Positions 39,426 to 49,396 of a DNA stretch of 64,000 nt are shown here, piece after piece. Each line of letters begins with the position of its first letter. Position 1 is the first letter of the stretch. The stretch comes from Candidatus Pelearchaeum maunauluense. Its GTDB lineage: Archaea > Thermoproteota > Nitrososphaeria_A > Caldarchaeales > Caldarchaeaceae. The notes under the pieces are model-generated. The model was not told the origin of the DNA and did not search any database. It saw only the letters and a program-made list of their open reading frames with translations. Made by a program: the position numbers and the translations under genes. Location: assembly GCA_030059675.1 (NCBI GenBank), contig JANVYQ010000002.1:175184-239183 (forward strand), read 5' to 3'.

Positions 39426-42400
39426 ATGGTTTACATCACTCGGATAACGGTGCAGGGGTTTAAGTCATTTGGGTCTAGGAAGACCGTTATCCGCTTAGGT
39501 CCAGGGCTCACCGTCATCACAGGCCCTAATGGAGGGGGGAAATCCAGCGTTATAGATGCTATAAAGTTCGCTCTAGGCGAGCTGAGCGCTCATAATCTTA
39601 GGGTCGGCCGCTTCTCGGAGCTTCTCCACGATTCGCCAGCCGAGGGGAAGCTTCAATCCGCGCGTGTCACGCTCACGCTGGACAATAGGGATAGAGTGCT
39701 CCCTGTTGATGCTGATGAGGTAACCCTTACGCGGCGTCTTGTCGCATCTGGGGAGAGCGAGTACCTACTGAACGGCAGACAGGTCTCACGCTCCGAGATA
39801 CTCGCAATACTTTCCGCGGCCAACATCAGGCCTGACGGGCTGAACATAGTTACACAGGGCTCTGTCGTGGGTCTTGCCGAGATGAACAGCAACGAGTTGC
39901 GGCAGGTCGTGGAGGATGTGGCGGGGATAGCAGAGTATAAGCGGAAGCGGGAAGATGCTAATGAGCAGCTTGAGATAGCTGAGAAGAACCTAGCTATAGC
40001 CAAGGCAAGCACAGGTGAGGTTAGGAATAGGGTTAAGCAGCTTGAGCGCGAGAGAAATCAACTACTCAGACGTCTCCTGTGTGAGAGGGAAGCGAACAAG
40101 CTAAGGTCGGCTGAACTCAGGCGCGAGCATCATAGATTGGCAGAGTCTCTCAAGAATGTGGATGAGGAAGTCTCTAAGATTGTTGAGGAGCTAGACTCAG
40201 TGCGGAGTCTTCGTGAGTCCCTGTTTTCAAGACGGAGCGAGATAGAGTCAGCTATAGCAGCCCTTGAGGAGGAGCTTAGGAGACGGAAAGGAGAGATGAG
40301 TGATGTTGAGGAGAGGATACAGGAGCTTAGGAACATATCAACAAGACTGGGCGCTCAGCTTTCCAGCTTAGAAGGTGCTCTCACGCAGCTAAACGCCATG
40401 GAAGGCTCAATCCATGGGAGGGATGAGCAGCTTAAGCAGGCAATACACGAGCAAGAGGCTGAGAAAGCGAGACTGGAAGAGCTAATCCCAGCTATCAGGG
40501 AAGAACTCACAGAACATAATATACGCATAGAAGCCTTAGCCTCAACGCTTACTGAGAAGAGGAAAGAATTAACAGAGAAAGAGAAACATCTGGCCGAGCT
40601 TATGCAAGAGCTACGCCGCTTTAACGTACGCGAAGACGGGAGGCTCTTGCTATTGGAAGATTTGGAGAGACGGCTTAGCGAGGTAGGTGAAGAGAAAAAG
40701 CGCGTTGAACAGGCTTTAGAGGAGGCAGAGCGGAAACTGAAAGAATTTGAGGTTAAGGTTAATGAGCTAAAGGAACAGGAGAAGACGTTATCTCTCAGTC
40801 TTGAAGGGCGTGAGAAAAACCATGAACAAATACTCTCGCGTTTAGCTAAGTTGGCTGAACGTTATGAAACATTAAATCAGCTCCGTGCCGAGCTTAATGC
40901 ACTTATCTCAGCCATAAACTCATTTTACGAATCATCAAAACACGAGAATGGTAGCAGCAGGCTTAAGACACTACGCCAGATTCTAGATATTCCAGAGGAG
41001 GATACGGCTCTAGTCTCTGCAATACTTGATGGGTGGATGTATTCTGTGGTCTGTAGGACTGTTGAGGAGGCGGTCAGCCTAGCTAAGCTCGCGGCTAAGG
41101 AGGGGCTGCCCCTTAAAGCCATACCGCTAAACGATAAGCAAGACGCGCATGAGGTCGCTAAACGGGTATTCGGGGACTTTGAAGTTGTGGATACTGTTGA
41201 TGAGCTGTTGAGGAGACGCGGCTCTAGGGTTGTCTCCCGTGATGGTGTTGTAATGTTTGAGGATGGGCGTGTGAGTGTGGCTGGGTTGGAAGACGTTGCT
41301 GAAGCTTACCGCCGCGAAACTGGAAGGCTCAAGCAACTATTGGACGAGGTAGAGAAAGCACTCTCAAGAATTGCTGAGAAGCGAGGCACCTTACAGCAGG
41401 CCGCCGCCGATAATGAGCAACTAATCGAAGAATACAGGAGAAAGCTAAACGAAGTACGTGCTACTATACCCGCGCTTGAGGAACGTATCTCAACCACTAA
41501 GGCTCGTATAAACGAGTATGGGGAGCGTCTAAAGACGCTTAACGGGATGGAGCAGGATATACGCGGGCGTATAGCTGAGATAAACGAGTCGCGGCCTGTT
41601 ATAGATGAGCGGCTGGCCGAGTTTAACACGCTGAACAGTGAGGTGCGGGAGCTTAGGTCGCTAGTGGAGAGGATGGAGAGGGAAGTGGAGGCTGCGCGTA
41701 ATGAAGCTGACAAGGCCCAGAATAAGCTGCGCGAGCTGGAGCGTAGGATAGACAGGCTCGAAACAGGCATAGCCGCAAAGAGAGAGCAGCTCGAATCCAT
41801 ATCGCTGGAGCTGGAGCGTATAGAGTCGCAGAGGTCTGAGATACGTTCTAAGATTGAAGAGCTCAGGAGACAGATTACGGATAATGAGGAGGAGCTTAGT
41901 AGGGTGCTGGAAGAGCTGAAAGAGAAGAGAAACGCGGTAGTTGAATTGGAAGAGAGAATAGCAGAACATAGAGAACAGCTCAAGAATGTGAATGGAGAGC
42001 TTGAAAGAGTAGCATCTGAGGCAGAGGCACTTGATAAGCGTCTCAATATGCTTCAGATGGAGCGCGTTAGGTTGGAGACTCAGCTTAATGTTGTGCGGGA
42101 GAAGCTGGACAGTATGGGGGTATCGCCTGATGAGCCTCTAGAATATCCGTTGCAACAGGTGGCTGGAGATATTCTCCCAGCTTTAGAGCGCGAGCTGGAG
42201 GAGCTCTCAGCGATAAACCAGCTTGCCGCTACCCAGTATGAGGCGATAATCCCCAACTACAAGGTCAGGTCGGCTAGGATAAACGAACTGGAGCTGGAGC
42301 GGCAGCAAATAATAGAATTCATACGCTCCATAGACGCTGAGGAGACGGCAGCCTTCATGAGAACATTTGATAAGGTATCAGAGGCTTTTGGCTTCTTCTT

Positions 42401-42809
42401 CCACCAGATAACGGGCGGAGAAGCCTGGCTTAGGCTTGAAGACCCTGAAAACCCGCTCAAATCGGGCGTGGAGATGGTCGTGAAGTTCGTCGGCAAGCAG
42501 GCCAGGTCTTCCGCAGCAGTGAGCGGAGGCGAGAAATCAGTAGCGGCCACATCGCTCATACTAGCCCTCCAGGGAATGACCCCAGCAGAATTCTACATAT
42601 TTGACGAGATAGACGCCCACCTAGACATAAACTACACAACACGCCTCGCGGCACTTCTCAAAGAGATGTCAAATAATAAACAGATAATCATAGTAACGTT
42701 GAAGGACGCTATAGCGGAGAAGGCTGACACGCTCTATGGCGTTTACATGAGAAACGGCGTTTCGTCTATAGTTAAGACAACGCTTGAGGAGGTCGTGGCT
42801 GTTGGCTAG
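39426..42809 (+). CDS. smc: Chromosome segregation protein Smc
   Basis: GFKSF, GPNGGGKS, coiled coils with a hinge, VSGGEKS and FDEIDAHLD. Confidence 0.95.
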   Translation: MVYITRITVQGFKSFGSRKTVIRLGPGLTVITGPNGGGKSSVIDAIKFALGELSAHNLRVGRFSELLHDSPAEGKLQSARVTLTLDNRDRVLPVDADEVTLTRRLVASGESEYLLNGRQVSRSEILAILSAANIRPDGLNIVTQGSVVGLAEMNSNELRQVVEDVAGIAEYKRKREDANEQLEIAEKNLAIAKASTGEVRNRVKQLERERNQLLRRLLCEREANKLRSAELRREHHRLAESLKNVDEEVSKIVEELDSVRSLRESLFSRRSEIESAIAALEEELRRRKGEMSDVEERIQELRNISTRLGAQLSSLEGALTQLNAMEGSIHGRDEQLKQAIHEQEAEKARLEELIPAIREELTEHNIRIEALASTLTEKRKELTEKEKHLAELMQELRRFNVREDGRLLLLEDLERRLSEVGEEKKRVEQALEEAERKLKEFEVKVNELKEQEKTLSLSLEGREKNHEQILSRLAKLAERYETLNQLRAELNALISAINSFYESSKHENGSSRLKTLRQILDIPEEDTALVSAILDGWMYSVVCRTVEEAVSLAKLAAKEGLPLKAIPLNDKQDAHEVAKRVFGDFEVVDTVDELLRRRGSRVVSRDGVVMFEDGRVSVAGLEDVAEAYRRETGRLKQLLDEVEKALSRIAEKRGTLQQAAADNEQLIEEYRRKLNEVRATIPALEERISTTKARINEYGERLKTLNGMEQDIRGRIAEINESRPVIDERLAEFNTLNSEVRELRSLVERMEREVEAARNEADKAQNKLRELERRIDRLETGIAAKREQLESISLELERIESQRSEIRSKIEELRRQITDNEEELSRVLEELKEKRNAVVELEERIAEHREQLKNVNGELERVASEAEALDKRLNMLQMERVRLETQLNVVREKLDSMGVSPDEPLEYPLQQVAGDILPALERELEELSAINQLAATQYEAIIPNYKVRSARINELELERQQIIEFIRSIDAEETAAFMRTFDKVSEAFGFFFHQITGGEAWLRLEDPENPLKSGVEMVVKFVGKQARSSAAVSGGEKSVAATSLILALQGMTPAEFYIFDEIDAHLDINYTTRLAALLKEMSNNKQIIIVTLKDAIAEKADTLYGVYMRNGVSSIVKTTLEEVVAVG

Positions 42810-43424
42810 TGAGGGAAGACTATCCTGGGTTGAGTCTCCATGGAAAATTCTTCTTGATGTAACTAGGCTTGATAAGATTAAGGTCTGGGAGGTTAAGCTG
42901 GCCCAGATTCTCCGCGAATTCTCCATGGCGCTTAAGAAGCAGGGATAGCCATACTCTCGGCGGCGACCATACATAGAATTAAGACGCAAAGGTTGTTGCA
43001 GCAGGATGAGCCGCCCACACCCAAGCCGAAGCCGGAGATGCTCATCCCTCCACCTATCCAGCTCCCCTTCAAACCAGAAGTAGTTACTACAACGCTTCAG
43101 GAGCTTGTTGAAGCATTGCAGGAAGCCCTCATACAGGCCGCCCAGGAGAAGGCCAAGACAACGCCTCCAGCGGTTCAGAAGAATAGAATAGCTTTAGCAG
43201 ACTTCATAGTTAAGATAGAGAAAGAGCTGGGAGAGTTTATAGAGCATCTTATGCGTCTGCTGGAGGAGCGGGGCTCTATCTTGTTCAGCGAGTTGGTGCG
43301 GGGCAAGCCTAAGCTGGAGGCGGCCAAAATATTCATACTCCTACTCTTCGCAGCCGCGCGTGGGTATGTTCTGCTCTTGCAACAGGACGAGTCATCTCCA
43401 GACCTCTTGATAGCTAGGGGGTGA
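42802..43424 (+). pseudogene. scpA: Kleisin ScpA, frameshifted
   Basis: TTG start after GAGGAGGT, then PWKILL..IKVWEVKL..KKQG* (TAG at 42946). The -1 frame resumes IAILSAATIHRIKT...FILLLF. Confidence 0.8.
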
Positions 43425-43433
43425 GAAGCTGGC

Positions 43434-44030
43434 ATGGCTGGTGGTGGGCTGGAGCCTAAGCTGATAGCCGAGGCAATACTATTCGCGGCTGATAGGCCTG
43501 TTGAGTTTAAGGTGTTGCAGAACGCTATGGGGATACGCTCACCCAGCAAAGCTAAAGCAATACTTGAGGAGCTTAAGGCTGAGTATGCTTCACAGCATAG
43601 AGCCATAGAAATAATAGAACTACGCGGTGGGCGCTTTTTCATGCGTCTCCGTCCAGACCTGCTAGAGCTGGCAAGACGCTACACAAGGAGGCAAGTCCTC
43701 ACTTCGGGAGTGCTTAAAACCCTGGCTTTCGTAGCATATCACCAGCCCGTTCAACGCTCCACCGTAGTAGCTGTGCGGGGCAAAGACGCTTACAGGCAGC
43801 TCAAGATACTACTCGACCGAGGTTTTATAGAGACAGAGAAGTCGGGAAGAACCCAGCTCCTCAGAACTACGCAACTATTCGCAGATCTTTTCGGCGTTGA
43901 AAACACGCCATCGGCGATAAAAGGCGTAATCAGTAGGCTTCTTAAGGCAGAAGCCCAACAACCACCAACACGCGGCGAAAACATGGACGAAGCTCTAAAA
44001 GAGGGGCAGAAACAGGCTCCAGGCACGTAA
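43434..44030 (+). CDS. scpB: Segregation/condensation protein ScpB
   Basis: EAILFAA, TLAFVAYHQPV and TTQLFADLFG. Confidence 0.93.
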   Translation: MAGGGLEPKLIAEAILFAADRPVEFKVLQNAMGIRSPSKAKAILEELKAEYASQHRAIEIIELRGGRFFMRLRPDLLELARRYTRRQVLTSGVLKTLAFVAYHQPVQRSTVVAVRGKDAYRQLKILLDRGFIETEKSGRTQLLRTTQLFADLFGVENTPSAIKGVISRLLKAEAQQPPTRGENMDEALKEGQKQAPGT

Positions 44031-44067
44031 GCTATAAAGCGTCGAAACACACCATACAGCGCTGGGC

Positions 44068-44451
44068 ATGGTCCAGTGGCATGGTGATCTTCACAAGAGG
44101 AAGAGGACTGGTGGAATAAGGGTACCTCCGCGGAAAAAGAGGAGGTATGAGCGCGGAGGGGGGATTAACGTCGTATATCTCGGAGACCCTGATATAAGAG
44201 CGCGGAGAGCACGTGGAGGAAATATAAAGATAGCTGTAAGAGCCACAAAATACGCCAACGTAGCTGATGGAAGCGGCCGCGTTCAGAAGATGGAGATTAT
44301 AAGGGTTGTCAAGAATCCTAGCAACCGCGACTACGATAGAAGAAAAGTCATTACACGCGGGACGATAATAGAGACACCCGCGGGCCAGGCTGTGGTAACC
44401 TCCAGGCCTGGGCAGGATGGTGTTGTCAACGCGGTGCTCATAGCCAAGTAG
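44068..44451 (+). CDS. rps8e: 30S ribosomal protein S8e
   Basis: HKRKRTGG, RGGNIK and TSRPGQDGVVNAVL. Confidence 0.97.
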   Translation: MVQWHGDLHKRKRTGGIRVPPRKKRRYERGGGINVVYLGDPDIRARRARGGNIKIAVRATKYANVADGSGRVQKMEIIRVVKNPSNRDYDRRKVITRGTIIETPAGQAVVTSRPGQDGVVNAVLIAK

Positions 44452-44473
44452 AGCTGTTTGTGGTGAAGAAGAG

Positions 44474-44758
44474 CTGATAAGACGTGATGGGCTGACGCTG
44501 TGGCCTGCGTATTTTGATAAGAGGCTACCGCGGGGTAGGGGCAGGCGGGTTCCAACAAAGCTGGCCATAGACAGCCCATCGACAACCACCATAGCAGAGG
44601 CGTGTAAGAAGCTAGGGCTTGAATACGAGATTAATGAAGGGGCGTATCCGAAGGCTTGGTGGAGAAAAACAGGATACATAGTTGTGAAGGTGCCTGAAGG
44701 TATGAGCAAAACCCAGCTAATCAGGCGTATTGCCGAGACTATGAGGAGGCAGAAATAA
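44474..44758 (+). CDS. srp19: Signal recognition particle protein SRP19, probable CTG start, not in the ORF track
   Basis: LWPAYFDKRLPRGRGRRVP, AYPKAWW and SKTQLIRRIA. A GGTGA SD lies 7 nt before the CTG. Confidence 0.9.
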   Translation: MIRRDGLTLWPAYFDKRLPRGRGRRVPTKLAIDSPSTTTIAEACKKLGLEYEINEGAYPKAWWRKTGYIVVKVPEGMSKTQLIRRIAETMRRQK

Positions 44759-44759
44759 C

Positions 44760-44999
44760 ATGCCTAGAGTAAGTAGAAGGCTCTACTTGTTAGGAACCCT
44801 TATGCGAGTAAACGGGGATAAAGCTCTGGTAGCCGCGAAGAATATCCCGCGTCTTTCTGATAAGGTGGTTGATGCTAAAGCGCGGGAAATAGGCTACGTC
44901 TCTAATGTCTTCGGCCCCGTAAAGTCTCCCTTCGTGATAGTTAGACTGACGCGAAGCGTCTCCCTACGCGAAGGGGTAGAGGTTTATGGTATGAGGTGA
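44760..44999 (+). CDS. gar1: H/ACA RNP protein Gar1
   Basis: IGYVSNVFGPVKSPF, in rps8e-srp19-gar1-tfb synteny. Confidence 0.85.
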   Translation: MPRVSRRLYLLGTLMRVNGDKALVAAKNIPRLSDKVVDAKAREIGYVSNVFGPVKSPFVIVRLTRSVSLREGVEVYGMR

Positions 45000-45003
45000 G
45001 GAT

Positions 45004-45819
45004 TTGAGCTGCCCCGAATGCGGAAGCAGTGACATAAGGCTGGACGAGGAGTCGGGAGACCTCTTCTGCGCAGCCTGCGGGTATATAGTTGAGCAACGCG
45101 TAGCAACGCTAAAGCCAGATTCCAGAGAGCTCCTGGGGGCTGGAGCGCGGGTAGGCCCACCTCTCACAAGCCGCCTCCATGACCAGGGGCTTGGCTCCTT
45201 CATCCCGCAAAGAAATGAGCGACTAGCTAAGCTTCAGACGGTAGTGGCTACAGATAGCCATGTGGAGCGGCTCATGACGCGACTCTTAGGGGAGCTTCAC
45301 TGGTTGGCGAGCAGGCTTAAGGCTTCTGAAGATGTGGTTGAAATAGCCGCAAAATACTGTAGGCAGGCGATAGTTAAGCGCGTTGTGATTCGATGCTCGC
45401 GGGCAGCCGCTGCTGCCCTAATCTACATAGCCCTACGCGAGACTGGAATGATAAGACCGCTGCAAGAAGTAGCTTTAGCAGCCAACGCGCCGCTCAGGAT
45501 GGTCTTCCGCAGCTATCGTAAGCTTGTGCTGGAGTTGGGTCTAAAACCACGGCAAGAGGAGATACCTTACATTGTTTCCCTCCTGCTGAAGCGGCTGGAG
45601 CTTCCACACATTCTTGAAGAGCGGGCCATTGAGATTGTGGAGCTGCTAAAGAAACGCGGCCTAGTGCAGGGAAGGAAGCCGCAGGCCATTTCCGCCGCAG
45701 CCGTATACATGGCTGCGCGAGGTTCGGAGCATCGCGTCCCCCTAGCTAGGGTAGCGGCGGTAGCTGGGATAAGCGAGCCGACGCTAAGAAGCATAATAAA
45801 AGTCCTCAGAAGCTCATAA
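45004..45819 (+). CDS. tfb: Transcription initiation factor B (divergent paralog)
   Basis: Zn ribbon CPECG..CAACG, RVGPP, HDQGL, two cyclin repeats and GRKP..AAAVY. Confidence 0.85.
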   Translation: MSCPECGSSDIRLDEESGDLFCAACGYIVEQRVATLKPDSRELLGAGARVGPPLTSRLHDQGLGSFIPQRNERLAKLQTVVATDSHVERLMTRLLGELHWLASRLKASEDVVEIAAKYCRQAIVKRVVIRCSRAAAAALIYIALRETGMIRPLQEVALAANAPLRMVFRSYRKLVLELGLKPRQEEIPYIVSLLLKRLELPHILEERAIEIVELLKKRGLVQGRKPQAISAAAVYMAARGSEHRVPLARVAAVAGISEPTLRSIIKVLRSS

Positions 45820-47067
45820 GCCCAGCCGCGAAGGAGAGAGAAGCTCAGCATACTTATTTTCCCTACCCATCACAAGGTCTGCAATAACTGCGCCTGTGAT
45901 GGCAGCCAGGGTAAGACCAAGCCTACAATGCCCAACAGCCACGTAGAGATTTTCAAAACCTTTTAGACGGCCCACTAATGGTATCGCGTCAGGACTACAC
46001 GGCCTAGCCCCATACCACCTCTCAATAACCTCCAACTCCCCAAACTGAGCGATGTACTTTGCCGCGTTTCTCCTGAGATACTCAAACCTGCTCTCACGGG
46101 GTTTTATATCCATGTAAGATAGCTCAAAGAACCCCGTAGACCTGAGATTACCCTCTTCCGTCTGTGTTGCCGTAATATGATAATCTCCCAACACTAATGG
46201 TCTTTTTATACGCTTGTTTGTTGGTGCCAGCTTTATCGCGTAGCCATAGCCCGCCGCTATAGGGAGTTTAATATCCAACGAGGCCAGTAGAGCGGGGGAA
46301 TGCGCTCCACATGCTACTATGAAGTTCTCAGACTTAACATACTCCTCCCCAACCTTGGCCGACACCACTCTTTCATTGGAATGTTCTAAGCGGGATACTT
46401 CCCCATCAATAATCTCTATACCTTTCTCCCCTACTATTCGCCGCATCTCCATAACTACTTTGGCTGGATTAGCCCACGCATCTTCCTCAAATAAAACCCC
46501 TCCCCTAATGTTCCGTGACAGTAGCGGTTCTTCCTCTATGCATTCTTCTCCCGAAAGTTCGCGTATTCTTGTTCCGAGAAGTTTAGCGTTTTCTCTGGCT
46601 TCCTCCAGCGTTTCGTCCAGCTTCTTTTTATCTTGGAAAACCTCCATAACTCCGCGCTGGTAGTATCCTACCTCTAGCTTCTCTTCCTTAACTACATGCT
46701 CAAACAGAGCTAGGCTATCTCTAGCCATCTCTTTTAATGTCTTTGCGTGGCTTAGTATCGTCGTGTGCCTGCGTATGAAGCGGTAAAGCCAGCCGCCTGG
46801 TAGTGATTCGCGGAGGAGGAAGGGGGTGGAGAGCTTGATGGGCGACTCTCTACCCAACTTCCAGCGTAGTAGTTGGAGCAGGCTCTCAGCCTCCGCTGTT
46901 GGAGAACCATATCCTGGGCAGACGAAGCCAGCATTACCCCACGAGGCCGCTCTACGCGGATCACCACCAGCTATAAGCGCTACTTGAAGCCCCTCTCTAC
47001 GAAGCATATAGGCTGAAAAGAGGCCTATAACGCCGCCTCCCAGCACGGCGGCCTCAAACCGCGACAT
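45814..47067 (-). CDS. D-amino acid dehydrogenase-like FAD oxidoreductase
   Basis: GGGVIG, ASWGNAG, GARPCSPD and GHCRLGLT. Confidence 0.85.
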   Translation of the reverse strand: MSRFEAAVLGGGVIGLFSAYMLRREGLQVALIAGGDPRRAASWGNAGFVCPGYGSPTAEAESLLQLLRWKLGRESPIKLSTPFLLRESLPGGWLYRFIRRHTTILSHAKTLKEMARDSLALFEHVVKEEKLEVGYYQRGVMEVFQDKKKLDETLEEARENAKLLGTRIRELSGEECIEEEPLLSRNIRGGVLFEEDAWANPAKVVMEMRRIVGEKGIEIIDGEVSRLEHSNERVVSAKVGEEYVKSENFIVACGAHSPALLASLDIKLPIAAGYGYAIKLAPTNKRIKRPLVLGDYHITATQTEEGNLRSTGFFELSYMDIKPRESRFEYLRRNAAKYIAQFGELEVIERWYGARPCSPDAIPLVGRLKGFENLYVAVGHCRLGLTLAAITGAVIADLVMGRENKYAELLSPSRLGL

Positions 47068-47235
47068 CGCATACCACGCGCGTGGACTCTATATTAAGGA
47101 GAGCGGTTAAATAGGGGAGCCTAGTAATCGGCCAAAACAACCAAGATACCTTTCGTGTAAAACTTTTAAACAAGCACACACTATACATGCATGGAAGCTA
47201 GCTAAACGAAAGTAGTTTGTGGTGATTGATAGACT

Positions 47236-47619
47236 TTGCCTGTCAAGATGACAAAGCTGGAGGAAAGAGCGATTAAGCTACTCATGAAGTATGAGGGAAA
47301 GGGGATACTGCAGTCCGAGCTATGGCATAAGCTGGGCGTAACGAGTCGCGAGGGCTCTAGGATAGGTATTAAGCTGGAGAAGAAGGGTGTGGTTAAGCGG
47401 GTACGGGAGTTTGCCAACGATAGATGGACTAGGAGGCTTGTCCCACTCATCAAGCAGATAGACGTGCAGGTTCTTAACGGCGTTCCCTGCCCCTCATGCA
47501 TATACGATGGGGTATGCGGCCCCAACGGCGAGAAGTATTATGCTTCATGCCCGCTTATTGAGGAGTGGGTTTTAAAACACGCTGAGTGCAAAGAGAATGA
47601 GAACGATAGTAGGGAATAA
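47236..47619 (+). CDS. Transcription factor E beta (Rpc34-like wHTH + FeS domain)
   Basis: GILQSELW wHTH followed by PCxxC-x5-C-x10-C..EEW. Confidence 0.8.
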   Translation: MPVKMTKLEERAIKLLMKYEGKGILQSELWHKLGVTSREGSRIGIKLEKKGVVKRVREFANDRWTRRLVPLIKQIDVQVLNGVPCPSCIYDGVCGPNGEKYYASCPLIEEWVLKHAECKENENDSRE

Positions 47620-47625
47620 ATAGCC

Positions 47626-48243
47626 TTGTCTAAGGAACGTTGGCTCCAGGAGAGGAGGCAGGACTATTATTGGCGTAAGGCCAAGGAGCTAGGGCTGCCC
47701 TCGCGGGCTGCATTTAAGCTGAAGGAGATTCAGCGGAGATGGCGCGTGATTAGGTCTGGGGACTATATCCTAGATTTGGGAGCGGCGCCTGGTGGGATGA
47801 CTGCGGTAGCCTCAAGGATAGCTGGCGAGCAGGGGCTTGTTGTGGCGGTTGATAGGGATGAGGTGAAGATAGGTGAGGTGCAAAACGTTGTGGTTATACG
47901 TAAAGATGTCTTCTCACCAAATCTAACCGGCTTACTCATGAGGGAAACGCGAGGCCGTCTTTTTGATACCATAATCTCAGACCTCTCACCACGCCATTCG
48001 GGGGATTACGAGCTTTTGGCGGTGCAGCAGCTTGATTTACTTCAACGTGTAGTAGAGATAGCTGAGGACTGTCTTAGGAGAAGAGGAAACCTAGTAGTGA
48101 AGGCGTTTGAGCATCCTACGCTTAGGAGTGTTGAGCAGTGGATGCACGGTAGTTTTTGGAAGTTTGAACGTTTCGTCCCGCGGGCTTCCAAGAAGAGGAG
48201 TTCTGAGGTTTTCATGATAGGCCTGGGATTTAAGCCGCGGTGA
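47626..48243 (+). CDS. rlmE: 23S rRNA 2'-O-methyltransferase RlmE/FtsJ
   Basis: SRAAFKL, DLGAAPGG, ISDLSP and SSEVF. Confidence 0.92.
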   Translation: MSKERWLQERRQDYYWRKAKELGLPSRAAFKLKEIQRRWRVIRSGDYILDLGAAPGGMTAVASRIAGEQGLVVAVDRDEVKIGEVQNVVVIRKDVFSPNLTGLLMRETRGRLFDTIISDLSPRHSGDYELLAVQQLDLLQRVVEIAEDCLRRRGNLVVKAFEHPTLRSVEQWMHGSFWKFERFVPRASKKRSSEVFMIGLGFKPR

Positions 48244-49396
48244 GCAGGTCTTTTAATACCTCTGGGCTGGCGTCCGTTCTTAATCCAGAAGGGTCTATAT
48301 GAGTTAATGACGCCCTATAACCCGATGAGCGTAGGAGCTCAACTATTTTTCGCGGCGACTTGGGGCTTATGCGCAACCACCTCGCAAGGGCTGACGCGCT
48401 ATAGAAGCCCACAACCGCAGTGTCCTCCTCAGCTAGTTTACTCAGGAGCTTCTTAGCCTCCTCATACTCCGAGGAACGCTCAGCTGCTTGATGGACAAAC
48501 TCCGCATCGCTGGTAGCTTCCCGCCAAAGGGGGCCTGCCAGGCCGCGGCGCTGTCCGCAGCACGGACACCTTCGTTGGGGAGGCTCGTCAAGCGGCACGC
48601 TCTCTATATACATACATTGACGGCAATAGCTAACCCAGCCCAGCCTGCTTATCATGGCCCGTGCGCGCGACTTACCACGCTCAACAGCTACAAATACACG
48701 TATGAAATGCCGATGATAGAATGAGATGAGCGGCCTTACTCCAAGTCCTAGACGCATGGCTGTCCTAGCCAAAAATCCGAAAAGTATGCGGATGGCTAAA
48801 TCTTTGGAAAATTCACTATGTAGCGTTATTGCGTCATATTTACGTTGGCATGCCTTAGGAAAGGTACTAACAAGAGCGGCTAGGTCTGTAGCAGAGACCC
48901 CCAATACTCCGCCAGGCTTACAAGCGCGAAACGCGTTTTCTACAAAACGAACCGGAGGCCCCACGGGGTCTACATCAACATATGCAAATCTCTTTTCAGG
49001 CAAGTTATGCTGCGCTAGGAATATATTTCCATCCATTCTAGAGGTTTCCACTCTATCAGCCACTCCGTTAAACTCCGCATTGATATTCATGACTTTATAT
49101 GCGTATTTGTTTATGTCGTTGAGATAAGCCGTCTTAACATTATTGGCTTCCAGCAGTAGCCTAATCCCCCTAACACCCGACCCTGCAAGAGGCTCTGCTA
49201 TTGTTATGGGGGTGTTGAAGTAGGTGGATACTGTTATTATAGTCATATCACGGGAAAGTTTTGAGAATGGGTTGTAGAAGACTGGTGCCTTCGTGGGGGC
49301 TATCGGCTCGCCTGCCTTTGTCTCTGGAAATATGGGAGCCACAAACCTGGCTTTTCCCTCCTCATACCACCTATACGGGAACTCCAGCTCAAGCAT
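48230..49396 (-). CDS. trm1: tRNA (guanine(26)-N2)-dimethyltransferase
   Basis: VFYNP, AGSGVRGIR, DVDPVG, ATD and GPLW. Confidence 0.93.
   Translation of the reverse strand: MLELEFPYRWYEEGKARFVAPIFPETKAGEPIAPTKAPVFYNPFSKLSRDMTIITVSTYFNTPITIAEPLAGSGVRGIRLLLEANNVKTAYLNDINKYAYKVMNINAEFNGVADRVETSRMDGNIFLAQHNLPEKRFAYVDVDPVGPPVRFVENAFRACKPGGVLGVSATDLAALVSTFPKACQRKYDAITLHSEFSKDLAIRILFGFLARTAMRLGLGVRPLISFYHRHFIRVFVAVERGKSRARAMISRLGWVSYCRQCMYIESVPLDEPPQRRCPCCGQRRGLAGPLWREATSDAEFVHQAAERSSEYEEAKKLLSKLAEEDTAVVGFYSASALARWLRISPKSPRKIVELLRSSGYRASLTHIDPSGLRTDASPEVLKDLLTAA

Noticed and set aside
41306-44709. Long antisense ORFs (41306..42046, 44032..44709 and similar)
   Set aside because: They are shadows of real genes on the opposite strand (smc, rps8e/srp19).
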